DNA of 63,270 bases, counting the filler. It is 5 parts of 5 records of this genome, joined end to end, with 100 filler letters (N's around TTAATTAATTAA, not from the genome) between each part and the next. Parts side by side here need not be neighbours in the genome. Positions count along the whole stretch, not along the records: positions 1 to 9,862 come from SRR20825010_175; positions 9,963 to 27,559 come from SRR20825010_176; 3 more parts are not named here. The stretch is one strand, 5' to 3'. Each line of letters begins with the position of its first letter. Position 1 is the first letter of the stretch. Shown here piece after piece: positions 1-10,269 of this stretch. Below the pieces are notes generated by a model. That model had not been told where the DNA came from, did no database searches, and worked only from the letters and a program-made list of their open reading frames with translations. The translations under genes and the position numbers were made by a program.

Positions 1-294
1 ATCAATAAGTCCATCGAATTCAAAGGATTAAAAGCCCAGTATATCTGGTACCTCGGTGCCGGTGTGCTGGCACTACTTGTCAGCTTCGCCATCTTATTTA
101 TTCTTGGGGTAAATCCCTTTATCTGTCTGATCATTATCACAATCTCAGGATCAGTTTTAGTCGTCAAGGTCTATCAACTCAGCCATAAATATGGGGAACA
201 CGGCATGATGAAAAAGCTTGCCCACCGTCAGATCCCGCATGGCATCCGCATCAAATCAAGAGGAATCTATCGGAAACCCAGAACTAAAAAATAG
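1..294 (+). CDS. traF: TraF-like (DUF4133) conjugative membrane protein, 5'-truncated
   Basis: Frame 1 is open from base 1 (INKSIEFKGLKAQYIWYL...), followed by two hydrophobic helices and KYGEHGMMK. Lies directly upstream of traG. Confidence 0.85.
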   Translation: MNKSIEFKGLKAQYIWYLGAGVLALLVSFAILFILGVNPFICLIIITISGSVLVVKVYQLSHKYGEHGMMKKLAHRQIPHGIRIKSRGIYRKPRTKK

Positions 295-356
295 CCCATA
301 TACGCTAGTCAAACCCACAAAAACCCTCATTCCCAAAGAGAAAATTAAACCAATCC

Positions 357-2819
357 ATGGAAAGACTACTTGAAACCCATTTTCCTATCCTGAGTATAGA
401 GCAGGACTGTATCCTTTCCAAACAAGGGGATATCACGGTAGCTTTCCAGGCAGAACTTCCAGAGATCTTTACCTTAAGTAATCAGGAATACGAAGCCTTT
501 CATCAGGTGTGGATCAAGGCTATCAAATCACTTCCCAAGCACAGTATTCTACACAAACAGGATTGGTTTATAGACAGCCGCCATCAAGCTAATTTCATGG
601 AATCCGAAGAAAGCTTTCTGCATAGAAGTAGTGAGCGTTTCTTTCACGAACGTCCCTATTTAGATCATTGCTGTTACCTATACTTAACGCTAAGTCCTAA
701 AAACAGGAAGGTTTCAAGCAGCCTGTTTTCCACCCTACTCCGCTCCCATATTGTACCTGAGGAATTGATTCTTGCTGACACCATTCCCAACTTTCTGGAT
801 ACCTGCGGACAGTTCGAACGCATCCTGACCGACAGTGGATTTGTTCATATAAAGCGACTAAAAGAACTCGACATTTACAGCACTCGCACCCAAAAGGGAA
901 TACTGGAAAAATACTGTAGTCTCTCGGAATCCAAGGAACCAACATGGCTTTCAGACATCAACTTCAAACCAAGCCTAAGCATTGGTAACAAGCACTGCCG
1001 TTTATTCACCCTTTCCGATGCCAGTGATTTGCCTTCACTTTGCGGAAGCAGAATCAACTACGACAAATACAGTACGGACACTACCAAATTCAGCGTAGGC
1101 TTTGCCTCAGCACTAGGTCAACTCTTACCCTGCAACCATATCTACAACCAGTACATCTTTATTGAAGATGTACAGCAAACTCTAAAAAGACTGGAATCCA
1201 AACGGCTCCGTCTCCAGTCACTTGCCAATTACAGCAGGGAAAATGCCATTGCAAGGGATGCTACCAATGACTATTTGAATGAGGCGATCAGTGAACAAAG
1301 GCTACCTGTAAAAGCCCACTTCAATATCCTAACCTGGACAGAAGATCCACTACAGATCCCTGATATCAAAAAGCAGGTTGGCGCTGCCCTCTCCCAGATG
1401 GAGGCTACTGCAAGGGAAGAAACCGTCGGAGCTGCCCAGATCTTCTGGGCAGGAATTCCTGGTAACAGTGCCGACTTTCCGATGAATGATAGCTTTGACA
1501 CCTTTGTGGAGCAAGCCAGTTGTTTCCTAAATCTGGAAACTGGCTATCGCAACTCGCTCAGCCCATTTGGAATTCGATTGGGAGACCGGCTCACCGGAAA
1601 GCCAGTTCATGTGGATCTATCCGATGAACCTGTGAAAAGAGGCATCTGCACCAACAGAAACAAATTCATCCTTGGTCCAAGTGGTAGCGGCAAATCCTTT
1701 TTCACCAATCACATGATCCGCAGTTATTACGAGCAGGGAACGCATGTAGTCCTTGTGGATGTGGGGCATTCCTACAAAGGACTCTGTGATCTGGTCGGAG
1801 GTTATTACTTCACTTATGATGAGAAAAACCCCATCCAATTCAATCCCTTTTACATTGCTGAAGGTGACCAGCTGGATACCGAAAAAAAAGAAAGCATCAA
1901 GACGCTGCTGCTTGCACTCTGGAAAAAAGACAACGAAACATTCACGCGTAGCGAGTATGTAGCGCTATCCAATGCCTTAAAAGGATATTATGAAAAATTG
2001 GCTTCAGATTCATCCCTGTTTGCGAGTTTCAACAGCTTTTACGAGTACGTGAAGTCAGACTTTCTGCCTCTTCTTCAAATCGATAAAGTCAAGGAGAAGG
2101 ATTTTGACATCAGCAATTTCCTTTATGTGCTTCGCCCCTATTACAGAGGGGGAGAATTCGATTACCTCTTAAATGCCACCGAGAACCTAGACTTGCTTCA
2201 GGAGCGATTCATTGTCTTTGAACTGGACAATATCAAAGACCATCCTATCCTATTCCCAGTGGTGACCATCATCATCATGGAAGTCTTCATCAACAAAATG
2301 CGAAAGCTCAAAGGCATCCGCAAACTGATTCTCATTGAGGAAGCCTGGAAAGCCATTGCCAAGGAAGGCATGGCTGAATACATCAAATACTTATTTAAAA
2401 CAGTCCGAAAGTTCTTCGGGGAAGCCATTGTAGTCACCCAGGAAGTCGAGGATATCATCAGCTCCCCTGTGGTTAAGCAAGCAATCATCAACAACAGTGA
2501 CTGCAAGATCCTACTGGATCAGTCCAAGTACCAGAACAAATTTGATCAGATCCAAGAACTCTTGGGCTTAACTGACAAGGAACGGGCAATGGTACTTTCT
2601 GTCAACAAGGCAAATGATCCCAATCGCATCTACAAGGAGGTATTCATCAGTCTGGGTGGAATGCTCTCCAAAGTGTATCGTACCGAGGTATCCAAAGAAG
2701 AGTACCTCTCCTATACGACTGAAGAAACCGAGAAAATCAAGGTGATGGATTATGCCCATCGATACGGCTCCATACAAAAAGGAATAGCAGCACTTACAGT
2801 AGAACAAGTCCAACACTAA
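357..2819 (+). CDS. traG: TraG family conjugative transposon ATPase (VirB4-like)
   Basis: 820 aa. Walker A GPSGSGKS, Walker B-like ILIEEAW, plus KTVRKFFGEAIVVTQE and NRNKFILG motifs of Bacteroidota TraG. Confidence 0.95.
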   Translation: MERLLETHFPILSIEQDCILSKQGDITVAFQAELPEIFTLSNQEYEAFHQVWIKAIKSLPKHSILHKQDWFIDSRHQANFMESEESFLHRSSERFFHERPYLDHCCYLYLTLSPKNRKVSSSLFSTLLRSHIVPEELILADTIPNFLDTCGQFERILTDSGFVHIKRLKELDIYSTRTQKGILEKYCSLSESKEPTWLSDINFKPSLSIGNKHCRLFTLSDASDLPSLCGSRINYDKYSTDTTKFSVGFASALGQLLPCNHIYNQYIFIEDVQQTLKRLESKRLRLQSLANYSRENAIARDATNDYLNEAISEQRLPVKAHFNILTWTEDPLQIPDIKKQVGAALSQMEATAREETVGAAQIFWAGIPGNSADFPMNDSFDTFVEQASCFLNLETGYRNSLSPFGIRLGDRLTGKPVHVDLSDEPVKRGICTNRNKFILGPSGSGKSFFTNHMIRSYYEQGTHVVLVDVGHSYKGLCDLVGGYYFTYDEKNPIQFNPFYIAEGDQLDTEKKESIKTLLLALWKKDNETFTRSEYVALSNALKGYYEKLASDSSLFASFNSFYEYVKSDFLPLLQIDKVKEKDFDISNFLYVLRPYYRGGEFDYLLNATENLDLLQERFIVFELDNIKDHPILFPVVTIIIMEVFINKMRKLKGIRKLILIEEAWKAIAKEGMAEYIKYLFKTVRKFFGEAIVVTQEVEDIISSPVVKQAIINNSDCKILLDQSKYQNKFDQIQELLGLTDKERAMVLSVNKANDPNRIYKEVFISLGGMLSKVYRTEVSKEEYLSYTTEETEKIKVMDYAHRYGSIQKGIAALTVEQVQH

Positions 2820-2829
2820 AAACACAGCC

Positions 2830-3534
2830 ATGATTAGCTCCCATAAAAACATCCGCCGTACAGTCCTGCTCACGGTACTTTGTGTAGCATTTATCCTTCC
2901 GCCAACCCGGACTCAGGCGGCAGCAGCAATTCCTATTGTAGAGATAATTAAGGCTGCTGTCAAGAAAGTCATCGTTGCAGTAGATCTTCAAATTCAGAGG
3001 CAGCAAAATAAAGTCATCTGGCTACAGAATGCCCAAAAAGTATTGGAAAACACCATGTCCAAACTCAAGTTAGATGAGATCTCCAGCTGGACAGAAAAGC
3101 AACGCGAACTCTACGAAAAATATTTCGACGAGCTCCAACAGGTCAAGTCAGCGATTTCCAGCTACCATCGGGTACGTGACATCGCCCAAAAACAAACACT
3201 GATTGTCACTGAATACAAAAAAGTCTGGGCAGTAATCCAGCAGGATGATCATTTCACCATCCTGGAAAAAGAGTACATGGGGCAGGTGTATGCCGGAATT
3301 CTGGGAGCTACTGTAGAAAACCTGGATCAACTGTCAATCCTTATCAAATCATTTACCCTTCAAATGAGTGATGGGGAAAGACTGACCCTACTGAATGAGA
3401 CTGCTCTACAGGTAGATCAAAACTACCAGGACTTGCTCTCATTTAACCGCAGCAACGGACAGCTGAGTCTACAACGGGCGAGAAGCAACACAGAGATTTT
3501 ACACATACAGCTACTCTACGGGATCCAACCCTAA
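2830..3534 (+). CDS. traI: TraI-like conjugal transfer protein with signal peptide
   Basis: N-terminal signal peptide (…TRTQAAAA), helical body, MSDGERL motif. Located between traG and traJ. Confidence 0.7.
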   Translation: MISSHKNIRRTVLLTVLCVAFILPPTRTQAAAAIPIVEIIKAAVKKVIVAVDLQIQRQQNKVIWLQNAQKVLENTMSKLKLDEISSWTEKQRELYEKYFDELQQVKSAISSYHRVRDIAQKQTLIVTEYKKVWAVIQQDDHFTILEKEYMGQVYAGILGATVENLDQLSILIKSFTLQMSDGERLTLLNETALQVDQNYQDLLSFNRSNGQLSLQRARSNTEILHIQLLYGIQP

Positions 3535-3546
3535 ATCCCTATTCCT

Positions 3547-4194
3547 ATGAAAAAGCTACTTATTTTCCTTTACCTCATCGCTGCGGCATTGCCAGTATCA
3601 GCCCAGAACTTCCAGGAATGGTTTCAACAAAAGCAGACCAAAAAGAAGTATCTGGCCGAGCAGATCTTTGCATTACAATCCTACCGTACTGTCCTTAAAA
3701 AAGGTTATGAGGTTAGCCAACAAGGGCTCAGCTTGGTCAGTACCATCACAAATGGAGATTTTGATCAGCATAAGGATCATTTCCAGTCTTTTGAGAAGGT
3801 AAGTTCTAAAGTAAAAAACCATTCAAACACCCGGCAAATAATAGGATTAGCTTCAACTATTCAACGGGTGTCAAGACAATACCAAAAGCAACTTAGCTCA
3901 CTCAACCAACTTAATGAGTCTGAAGAAAATGTGGTCAGCCATGTTTTTTTAAACATTCAAAAAGAAACTGGGCAACTGCTCACTGAGCTACAAGCCCTTT
4001 TGCATAACGGCGAACTCAGCCTGTCTGATTCAGAGCGCATCATTAGACTGGAACAACTCCTCCTGCACATGCAAAGCATCTATTCCTATACAATGCGGTT
4101 TGGACAGGAAGCCATTCAATTATCCAGCCTTAGAGAGCAGGAACTAAACGGGATTAGCCAAGTAAGAAACTTTCATACCCATGATCAACTCTAA
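3547..4194 (+). CDS. TraI-like secreted helical protein (paralogue 2)
   Basis: Signal peptide MKKLLIFLYLIAAALPVSA-Q. Shares the KKGY…G…I.NGDF..H and LSDSERI motifs with its neighbours. Confidence 0.6.
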   Translation: MKKLLIFLYLIAAALPVSAQNFQEWFQQKQTKKKYLAEQIFALQSYRTVLKKGYEVSQQGLSLVSTITNGDFDQHKDHFQSFEKVSSKVKNHSNTRQIIGLASTIQRVSRQYQKQLSSLNQLNESEENVVSHVFLNIQKETGQLLTELQALLHNGELSLSDSERIIRLEQLLLHMQSIYSYTMRFGQEAIQLSSLREQELNGISQVRNFHTHDQL

Positions 4195-4205
4195 CCTACT
4201 CAACC

Positions 4206-4832
4206 ATGAAAAAATTACTGATACTGCTTTTCCCGCTCATTTTCACGATAAACCTTCAGCCAGCATCTGCACAGGCAGACGAAATTGCTCAGTTACTACT
4301 GAATGTCACCAAACTGAGCCAGCTCAAGCAAATACTCAGCGATCTGGAAAAAGGATACACCACACTGAACTCCGGATATTCACAGATTTCAAATATTGCG
4401 TCAGGAAATTTCACAATCCATGAAGCCTTCCTGGATGGATTGTTAAAAGTAAATCCAACTGTAAAAAACTATTACAAAGTCACAGAAATCATCCGCTTTC
4501 AAATCAAGCTGGTGAAGGATTATAAGTCGGCCTTTACGAAACTCAAAAACTCAGGTCAGTTCACGAGTAGGGAAATCTCTTACCTCTCTTCAGTGTATAA
4601 CAATCTCTTCAAAAAAAGTCTGCAACAGCTCGACGAACTAACCTTAGTCTTAACTGCAAATAGACTTAGGATGTCAGATGAGGAACGCTTGGCAGCCATT
4701 GATCAGATACATACCCACATGCAAGACCAGCTGATTTTTCTAATTGCATTCAATCAGGAGAACCAGGTTCTGGCAATGAGCCGAATCAAGGCAAATCAGG
4801 AAGTAAATGGAATCAAAAACCTCTATCAATAA
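4206..4832 (+). CDS. TraI-like secreted helical protein (paralogue 3)
   Basis: Signal peptide MKKLLILLFPLIFTINLQPASA-Q. Carries EKGY…GNF..H and MSDEERL motifs. Confidence 0.65.
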   Translation: MKKLLILLFPLIFTINLQPASAQADEIAQLLLNVTKLSQLKQILSDLEKGYTTLNSGYSQISNIASGNFTIHEAFLDGLLKVNPTVKNYYKVTEIIRFQIKLVKDYKSAFTKLKNSGQFTSREISYLSSVYNNLFKKSLQQLDELTLVLTANRLRMSDEERLAAIDQIHTHMQDQLIFLIAFNQENQVLAMSRIKANQEVNGIKNLYQ

Positions 4833-4858
4833 ATAGGGAACTAAGCTCAACCATCGCC

Positions 4859-6082
4859 ATGAAAGTAATTCCTAAATCCATCGCTATCATTTTATTCTCC
4901 ATCCTTCTACCACTGACTACTCAGGCCCAGGTGGGCTATGATAGAGGACTCCATGGCGTGTTGGAAGACCTTTACTCTGAGATGATGCCATTATGCAGTC
5001 AATTGATCAGCGTGGCTCAGGGAATTGCTGCCTTTGGAGCTTTATGGTATATCGCCTCCAGAGTCTGGCGATCCATAGCAAATGCCGAGCCCATAGACTT
5101 CTATCCCTTGTTCCGGCCATTTGCCATCGGCTTTTGTATCCTGCTATTCCCATCTGTTCTTTCCCTGATCAATGGAGTGATGAATCCAACTGTCAACGCT
5201 ACAGCCTCGATGATGGACAATTCCAACCAAGCTATTGAAAAGCTTCTGAAGCATAAAGAAGAAGTCGTTAAAGGGACTATTAAAGGCCAAATGTACCGAA
5301 GTAATTACAGGGAGGGGGATTATGAAAAATGGTTGAAATACACTCAGGGTTTGCCTGAGGAAGCTACTGCTCCGGAGGAAGGTTTTTTAGAATCTTTATG
5401 GAACAACGAACTTTTCTCAAATGCAAAATGGAGCTTCAATTTTAAACATTGGATCAAACAAGCCCTTGCTGAAATATTGCAATTGCTATTTGAAGCTGCC
5501 GCGCTTTGCATCAATACCCTGAGAACCTTTCAGCTGGTTGTTCTATCCATTCTGGGCCCCTTAGTTTTCGGTCTATCTGTCTATGATGGATTCCAGCATA
5601 CACTTACGGTCTGGCTTGCCCGCTATATTAATATCTACCTCTGGCTTCCTGTGGCCAATATCTTCGGAGCCATCATCAGCACCGTACAGGAAAGAATGCT
5701 CGTGCTTGACATAGGACAAATCGAAAGCACCGGGGACACCTTCTTCTCTACCACAGATACAGGATACCTGATCTTTTTGGTGATCGGTATCATAGGCTAT
5801 TTCTCAGTACCCTCAGTAGCCAACTACATTGTCCATGCTGCTTCAGGTGGAGCACTTCCGCATAAAGCATCCAGCTTTTTCACTCAAGCTGCATTCAGCA
5901 CTGTTTCCATGGCCAGCTCCGCCGCCAAAATAGCTACAACACGAGGATCAAGTATGTCTGCTGATTCCTATGGGGATAAGGCAGGAAGCATGAACCAGTC
6001 CATGGCTTCACGTGGTACGGCTGCCGGTTATTTCAAGGATGGCAGTGATTATCAATCCAGCAAACTTAAAGGAAACTCTTAA
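4859..6082 (+). CDS. traJ: Conjugative transposon protein TraJ (VirB6-like inner membrane protein)
   Basis: AEPIDFYPLFRPF and WLARYINIYLWLPVANIF motifs, with multiple transmembrane segments. Confidence 0.93.
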   Translation: MKVIPKSIAIILFSILLPLTTQAQVGYDRGLHGVLEDLYSEMMPLCSQLISVAQGIAAFGALWYIASRVWRSIANAEPIDFYPLFRPFAIGFCILLFPSVLSLINGVMNPTVNATASMMDNSNQAIEKLLKHKEEVVKGTIKGQMYRSNYREGDYEKWLKYTQGLPEEATAPEEGFLESLWNNELFSNAKWSFNFKHWIKQALAEILQLLFEAAALCINTLRTFQLVVLSILGPLVFGLSVYDGFQHTLTVWLARYINIYLWLPVANIFGAIISTVQERMLVLDIGQIESTGDTFFSTTDTGYLIFLVIGIIGYFSVPSVANYIVHAASGGALPHKASSFFTQAAFSTVSMASSAAKIATTRGSSMSADSYGDKAGSMNQSMASRGTAAGYFKDGSDYQSSKLKGNS

Positions 6083-6093
6083 TCCTAATACCC

Positions 6094-6711
6094 ATGTTCA
6101 GCAAACCAAAAAACATAGACACCGCCTTTCGACAAATCCGGTTATTCACACTTACGATAATCTTCGGTTGTCTGCTATTTTCAGGTTTCACCCTCTACAA
6201 GAGTCAGCAATTGACCGCATCGCTTCAGCAAAAAGTCTACATCCTGGCCAATGGAAAGGCTTTGGAAGCTTTTGCAACAGACCGCAGGGATAATATTCTA
6301 GTCGAGGCAAAAGATCATATATCCACCTTTCATCGGTATTTCTTCACACTCGATCCTGATGAAAAAGTCATCATCGCCAATACAGCCAAAGCACTCTATC
6401 TGGCAGATGCTTCTGCAAAACGTCAATACGATAATCTGACGGAAAGCAATTACTACTCAAATATCATTGCAGGGAATATCAGCCAGGAAATCAACTTGGA
6501 CAGTGTATCCATTGATCTGCAGCAAACCCCTTCTTACTTCCGGTATTATGGTACCCAACAGTTGACCAGGACAGGCTCCATCGTTACCCGAAAACTAGTA
6601 ACTGAAGGTTACCTGCGCGAGGTGTCCCGCAGTGATAATAATCCTCATGGTTTCCTGATCGAAGGCTGGAAGACATTGGAAAATACGGATACACATATTC
6701 AAAACCGCTAA
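6094..6711 (+). CDS. traK: Conjugative transposon protein TraK (VirB8-like)
   Basis: KNIDTAF, FHRYFFTLDPD, ALYLADAS and RSDNNPHGFLIE motifs. Confidence 0.93.
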   Translation: MFSKPKNIDTAFRQIRLFTLTIIFGCLLFSGFTLYKSQQLTASLQQKVYILANGKALEAFATDRRDNILVEAKDHISTFHRYFFTLDPDEKVIIANTAKALYLADASAKRQYDNLTESNYYSNIIAGNISQEINLDSVSIDLQQTPSYFRYYGTQQLTRTGSIVTRKLVTEGYLREVSRSDNNPHGFLIEGWKTLENTDTHIQNR

Positions 6712-6713
6712 GC

Positions 6714-7037
6714 ATGAATACCCCTCAAACTCATCCCAATCCCATCAAAGCAGTCCAAGAATTTGGGCAACTCAAAGCCCAAAAATTCGCGGAACTGCTT
6801 CAGCATAGAACTGAGAAACTCAGCCAAAGAGCTAAGTTCCTAGCCTTGATTCTCTTTCTCCTCATTTCATTAAGTGGATCTGCCTACCTGCTTGTTTTTA
6901 AAAGCTCCTCCTTTTCTCCTCCAACAGAACCATTACCAAAAACCAACCTCCCCTACTTTCCTGATTTGGGAAATTCAAATTCCGATCCCGACAGTCTCAC
7001 TTCAAACCCTAACACTTCAAACCAATATAAACCATGA
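6714..7037 (+). CDS. Small single-TM protein at the traL position
   Basis: 107 aa with one hydrophobic helix (FLALILFLLISLSGSAYLLVF). Lies between traK and traM and overlaps the traM start by 4 nt. Confidence 0.6.
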   Translation: MNTPQTHPNPIKAVQEFGQLKAQKFAELLQHRTEKLSQRAKFLALILFLLISLSGSAYLLVFKSSSFSPPTEPLPKTNLPYFPDLGNSNSDPDSLTSNPNTSNQYKP

Positions 7038-8341
7038 CTAACACAGCAACCCAAAAACAGCAACAGAGGCGAAAGTTCTTTCTAATGCTTCCCCTGCTCA
7101 CAGTACCCTTTTTGACTCTTACATTCTGGGCTCTCGGCGGTGGAAACGGGATAGCAACTGATCCTAGGCAAAGCCAGCAAAGTGGAATCAACATGGAGCT
7201 GCCAGGTATTGCAGATAATAAAACCCAAATACTTGACAAGCTAGGGCATTATAAAAAGTCCCAAACAGACTCTGCTAGATTTCTACAGGCAGTAAGGAAT
7301 GACCCGTACTATCGCATGGCTTTTAAACCGGAAAAAAGTACCAGAATTGAAGATCAACTAACTGATTCCCAATCCTTGGAAAATGGCAGTTTGGGAAGTG
7401 TTCCTATGGCTGAATTTGAGGACCCGAATGAACGGTTGATTATGGAAAAACTGGAAGCAGTAAACCAAACGCTTTTGGAAGAGCCGGTTGCTGAAGTCCA
7501 CGATAAAAAAGTTAAGACAAACCAACTCACTCAAACTGCCGGTGATCCAACGCTTAACGCAGACTTGGATCGCTTAGATCACATGATGCATCAGATGCAG
7601 GCAGGCAATGCAAGCACAGATCCTGAAATACAGCAAATGAGCCAGTTACTCGAACAGATTCTGGACATACAGCATCCTGAACGTGTACAAGCTAGAATAC
7701 GCTCCGAGCAGATCCAGCAGCAAAACCAGGCATATAGTGTAAACCCAATGTCTAATACTCAACAAATTTCCAGTTTAGAACCTACTGAAGTAGCTACTGT
7801 AGGAGAAATAGTAACGTCGGGAAGAAATGGCTTCTTTGGCTTAGAAAGTCCAGACGATATAAACGAGCAGGCAAACTCCATTAAAGCTGTAATCCATGAA
7901 ACACAAACACTGACATCAGGAGCTACAGTGAAACTTCGGTTGACTGAGGCAGCAAGTATCAATGGGCTAACTATTCCCAAAGATCAACTGGTATATGGCA
8001 CCGCTTCACTCAACGGAGAACGTCTAAAAATTGAAATCCAGCACATTCGGGTACATGACCAGATTCTACCCGTGGCTTTGACAGTTCATGATGCAGATGG
8101 AATGGAAGGAATTTACATCCCAGGATCACTATCAAGAGAAGTGACTGCACAAGCTAGTGATCGGGCAATTCAGGGATTTGGGATCAGCACATTCGATACC
8201 TCACTGGAAGCTCAGGCTGCAAGTGCGGGAATCGAAACGGCAAAAACCTTCTTAAGCAAAAAGACCAAACTGATTCAGTTTACGCTAAAAGCAGGTTATC
8301 AGATCTGGCTCAGTGATGAAAAAACCAACGCTAACTTCTAA
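7034..8341 (+). CDS. traM: Conjugative transposon protein TraM (VirB10-like)
   Basis: N-terminal TM helix. C-terminal domain AVIHETQTL…VKLRL…GERL…DADGMEGIYIPGS…LKAGY. Confidence 0.93.
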   Translation: MTNTATQKQQQRRKFFLMLPLLTVPFLTLTFWALGGGNGIATDPRQSQQSGINMELPGIADNKTQILDKLGHYKKSQTDSARFLQAVRNDPYYRMAFKPEKSTRIEDQLTDSQSLENGSLGSVPMAEFEDPNERLIMEKLEAVNQTLLEEPVAEVHDKKVKTNQLTQTAGDPTLNADLDRLDHMMHQMQAGNASTDPEIQQMSQLLEQILDIQHPERVQARIRSEQIQQQNQAYSVNPMSNTQQISSLEPTEVATVGEIVTSGRNGFFGLESPDDINEQANSIKAVIHETQTLTSGATVKLRLTEAASINGLTIPKDQLVYGTASLNGERLKIEIQHIRVHDQILPVALTVHDADGMEGIYIPGSLSREVTAQASDRAIQGFGISTFDTSLEAQAASAGIETAKTFLSKKTKLIQFTLKAGYQIWLSDEKTNANF

Positions 8342-8351
8342 ATCCAATACT

Positions 8352-9209
8352 ATGAAAAGCGATCAACTCACAAAATGGACAGTCACACTAGTGCTTGTGG
8401 GAATAACTTCTCTGGTTGGCAATAGAGTAAAAGCCCAATCAAATTCATCCTTTACTACGCAAGCAATCCCTTCTGTTTCCTTACAGATCAGCGAGCAGCT
8501 CACTACCAACCTGATTTTCCCGCAGGCCATCAAAAGTGTGGACCGAGGTAATCGAGAAATCATGGTTCAACGTGCAAATTCCGTTGAAAACATCCTTCAG
8601 GTGAAGGCTGAAACAAGCGAAATGAACAATAGCAACCTAACTGTGATCACATCGGACGGTAAGTTTTACTCATTTAAAGTAAGTTATTCAGCAAATCCCC
8701 AACAGCTCAATTTGACTGTAATTCCAGGTTCCAAAAAACCTGCAGCTGAGTTCCCAAAGGGAACATCCAATGAAGTGGCCGTTTTAGAAACAGCTCAAAA
8801 AGTAGCTGTAAAAAACAGGCAAATTAAGCCGATCAGACAACGTAAATACATGACCGGGCTAAGTCTGACCGGTATCTACATCGAAGAAGACCTACTCTAT
8901 TTTCAGATCAGGCTGGAGAATCAAACCAATATTACCTACGATGTGGAACAGTTCCGCTTTTTTATCCGGGACAACAGAAAAGGCAAACGAACAGCAGTAC
9001 AGGAACTGGAGCAAATTCCCATTCAGATTCTTGGCAATACAGCACAAATCCCTGCCCAATCAACCCAGACCATAGTCGTAGCTCTTCCCAAGTTTACCAT
9101 TCCGGACCAGAAACATTTAGGAATTGTATTAATGGAACAGCAAGGCGGAAGGCATTTGAAAATAAAAGTCAAAAACAACCACATTATCCAGGCAGCTGTG
9201 GTAGAGTAA
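8352..9209 (+). CDS. traN: Conjugative transposon protein TraN (VirB9-like, DUF4138)
   Basis: TTNLIFP.AIKSVDRG, NILQVKA, NLTVITSDG, KFTIPDQK and EQQGGRHL motifs. Start chosen at ATG 8352 (ORF track starts at 8313). Confidence 0.92.
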   Translation: MKSDQLTKWTVTLVLVGITSLVGNRVKAQSNSSFTTQAIPSVSLQISEQLTTNLIFPQAIKSVDRGNREIMVQRANSVENILQVKAETSEMNNSNLTVITSDGKFYSFKVSYSANPQQLNLTVIPGSKKPAAEFPKGTSNEVAVLETAQKVAVKNRQIKPIRQRKYMTGLSLTGIYIEEDLLYFQIRLENQTNITYDVEQFRFFIRDNRKGKRTAVQELEQIPIQILGNTAQIPAQSTQTIVVALPKFTIPDQKHLGIVLMEQQGGRHLKIKVKNNHIIQAAVVE

Positions 9210-9274
9210 GATTCTTTACCTACAGAAAAACCAATCAATAAATCTTTATCAGTTAACCACAAACAACATAGATC

Positions 9275-9862
9275 ATGAACGAGCAAAATTTCGATTACCT
9301 CAAAAACCAGGTTAAGTACACCGGATTCGGCGAAGCTTTGGAGCCTCAATTAAAAGAAAAGATCAGCAAGGGAGAATCCAATTTCATGCTGGATCACCAG
9401 GCAAATTTTGGAGGGGATACCGTCAATGCAAACCTGCATTTTCGAAAGTCAGAAATGACTGATATGTATTTCTTTAACAAGTACGACCTGAGTCTGACCA
9501 AATCCGGACAGGAGGAACCGGCGATCAATCAGACCTTTTACATAGGCAAGGACAACAACATCACATTGAAAGAAGGTTACAATCTGTTGGATGGTCGTGC
9601 AGTAAACAAAGACCTCGTGAACAGGGAGCAGGAAAAATACAATGCCTGGGTCCAACTCGACTTTAAGGAAACCGACAATCAGGGAAACTTTAAGCTAAAG
9701 CAGTTCCATGAGAATTACGGCTTTGACCTGCAAAAGGCATTGGAAAAGCACCCGATAAAAGAACTTGGTAACCCTGAAGACCAAAGCAAGCTGATGGATT
9801 CCTTAAAAAAGGGAAACCGACAATCGGTGACTTTTACTGGCAGTGAAGGCGAACAAAAGCGC
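9275..9862 (+). CDS. Conserved hypothetical ICE-associated protein, 3'-truncated
   Basis: Long open frame (MNEQNFDYLKNQVKYTGFGE…KEGYNLLDGRAVNKDL…) running into the spacer. No signal peptide. Confidence 0.7.
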
Positions 9863-9962
9863 NNNNNNNNNNNNNNNNNNNNNNNNNNNNNNNNNNNNNN
9901 NNNNNNTTAATTAATTAANNNNNNNNNNNNNNNNNNNNNNNNNNNNNNNNNNNNNNNNNNNN
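9863..9962. other. Artificial contig-joining spacer
   Basis: N44-TTAATTAATTAA-N44, with stop codons in all six frames. Genes are truncated on both sides. Confidence 0.99.
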
Positions 9963-10269
9963 CCATCCAGCCAGACAGGTACAGGTAACGACGCTTGGTG
10001 GTACCGAAGTGCTTCTTGATGGACAGCAGCTTCTGCTGACCGATGAAGCCATGCCAGCAACCCAGGGACTGGGTGTACTGAGCCGTGTCCTTGTCGTAGT
10101 TCGCCATGTCTTCGCGCATGATTTTCGCGGTGAACTTGGCGATGTCCAGACCAGTCTTGAATTTGTTCTGGGCGCGCATGCGGGCCGCGTGCTCGGGCTT
10201 GATGGCGTTCCAGGTCGGGTTTTGCTTCAGCAGGGAAGCGATGGCGTCAACGTCTTTTGCGTATGGCAT
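9963..10269 (-). CDS. aceA: Isocitrate lyase, N-terminal part (3'-truncated)
   Basis: ARMRAQNKFKTGLDIAK…YTQSLGCWHGFIGQQK…YLYLSGWM is the N-terminus of the Pseudomonas-type AceA. Confidence 0.93.

Larger units (their letters stand above)
1..9862 (+). mobile_element. Bacteroidota conjugative transposon/ICE mating-pair-formation (tra) region, truncated at both ends
   Basis: Co-oriented, tightly packed traF-traG-(traI-like x3)-traJ-traK-ORF-traM-traN order typical of CTnDOT-type elements. AT-rich DNA, with A-rich translation starts lacking Shine-Dalgarno motifs, as in Bacteroidota. Confidence 0.9.

Noticed and set aside
9863..9962. Repeated TTAATTAATTAA between N-runs as a biological repeat or att site
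   Set aside because: It is an identical synthetic linker at all four junctions (also 27560-27659, 39887-39986, 48845-48944). ORFs running into it are truncations.
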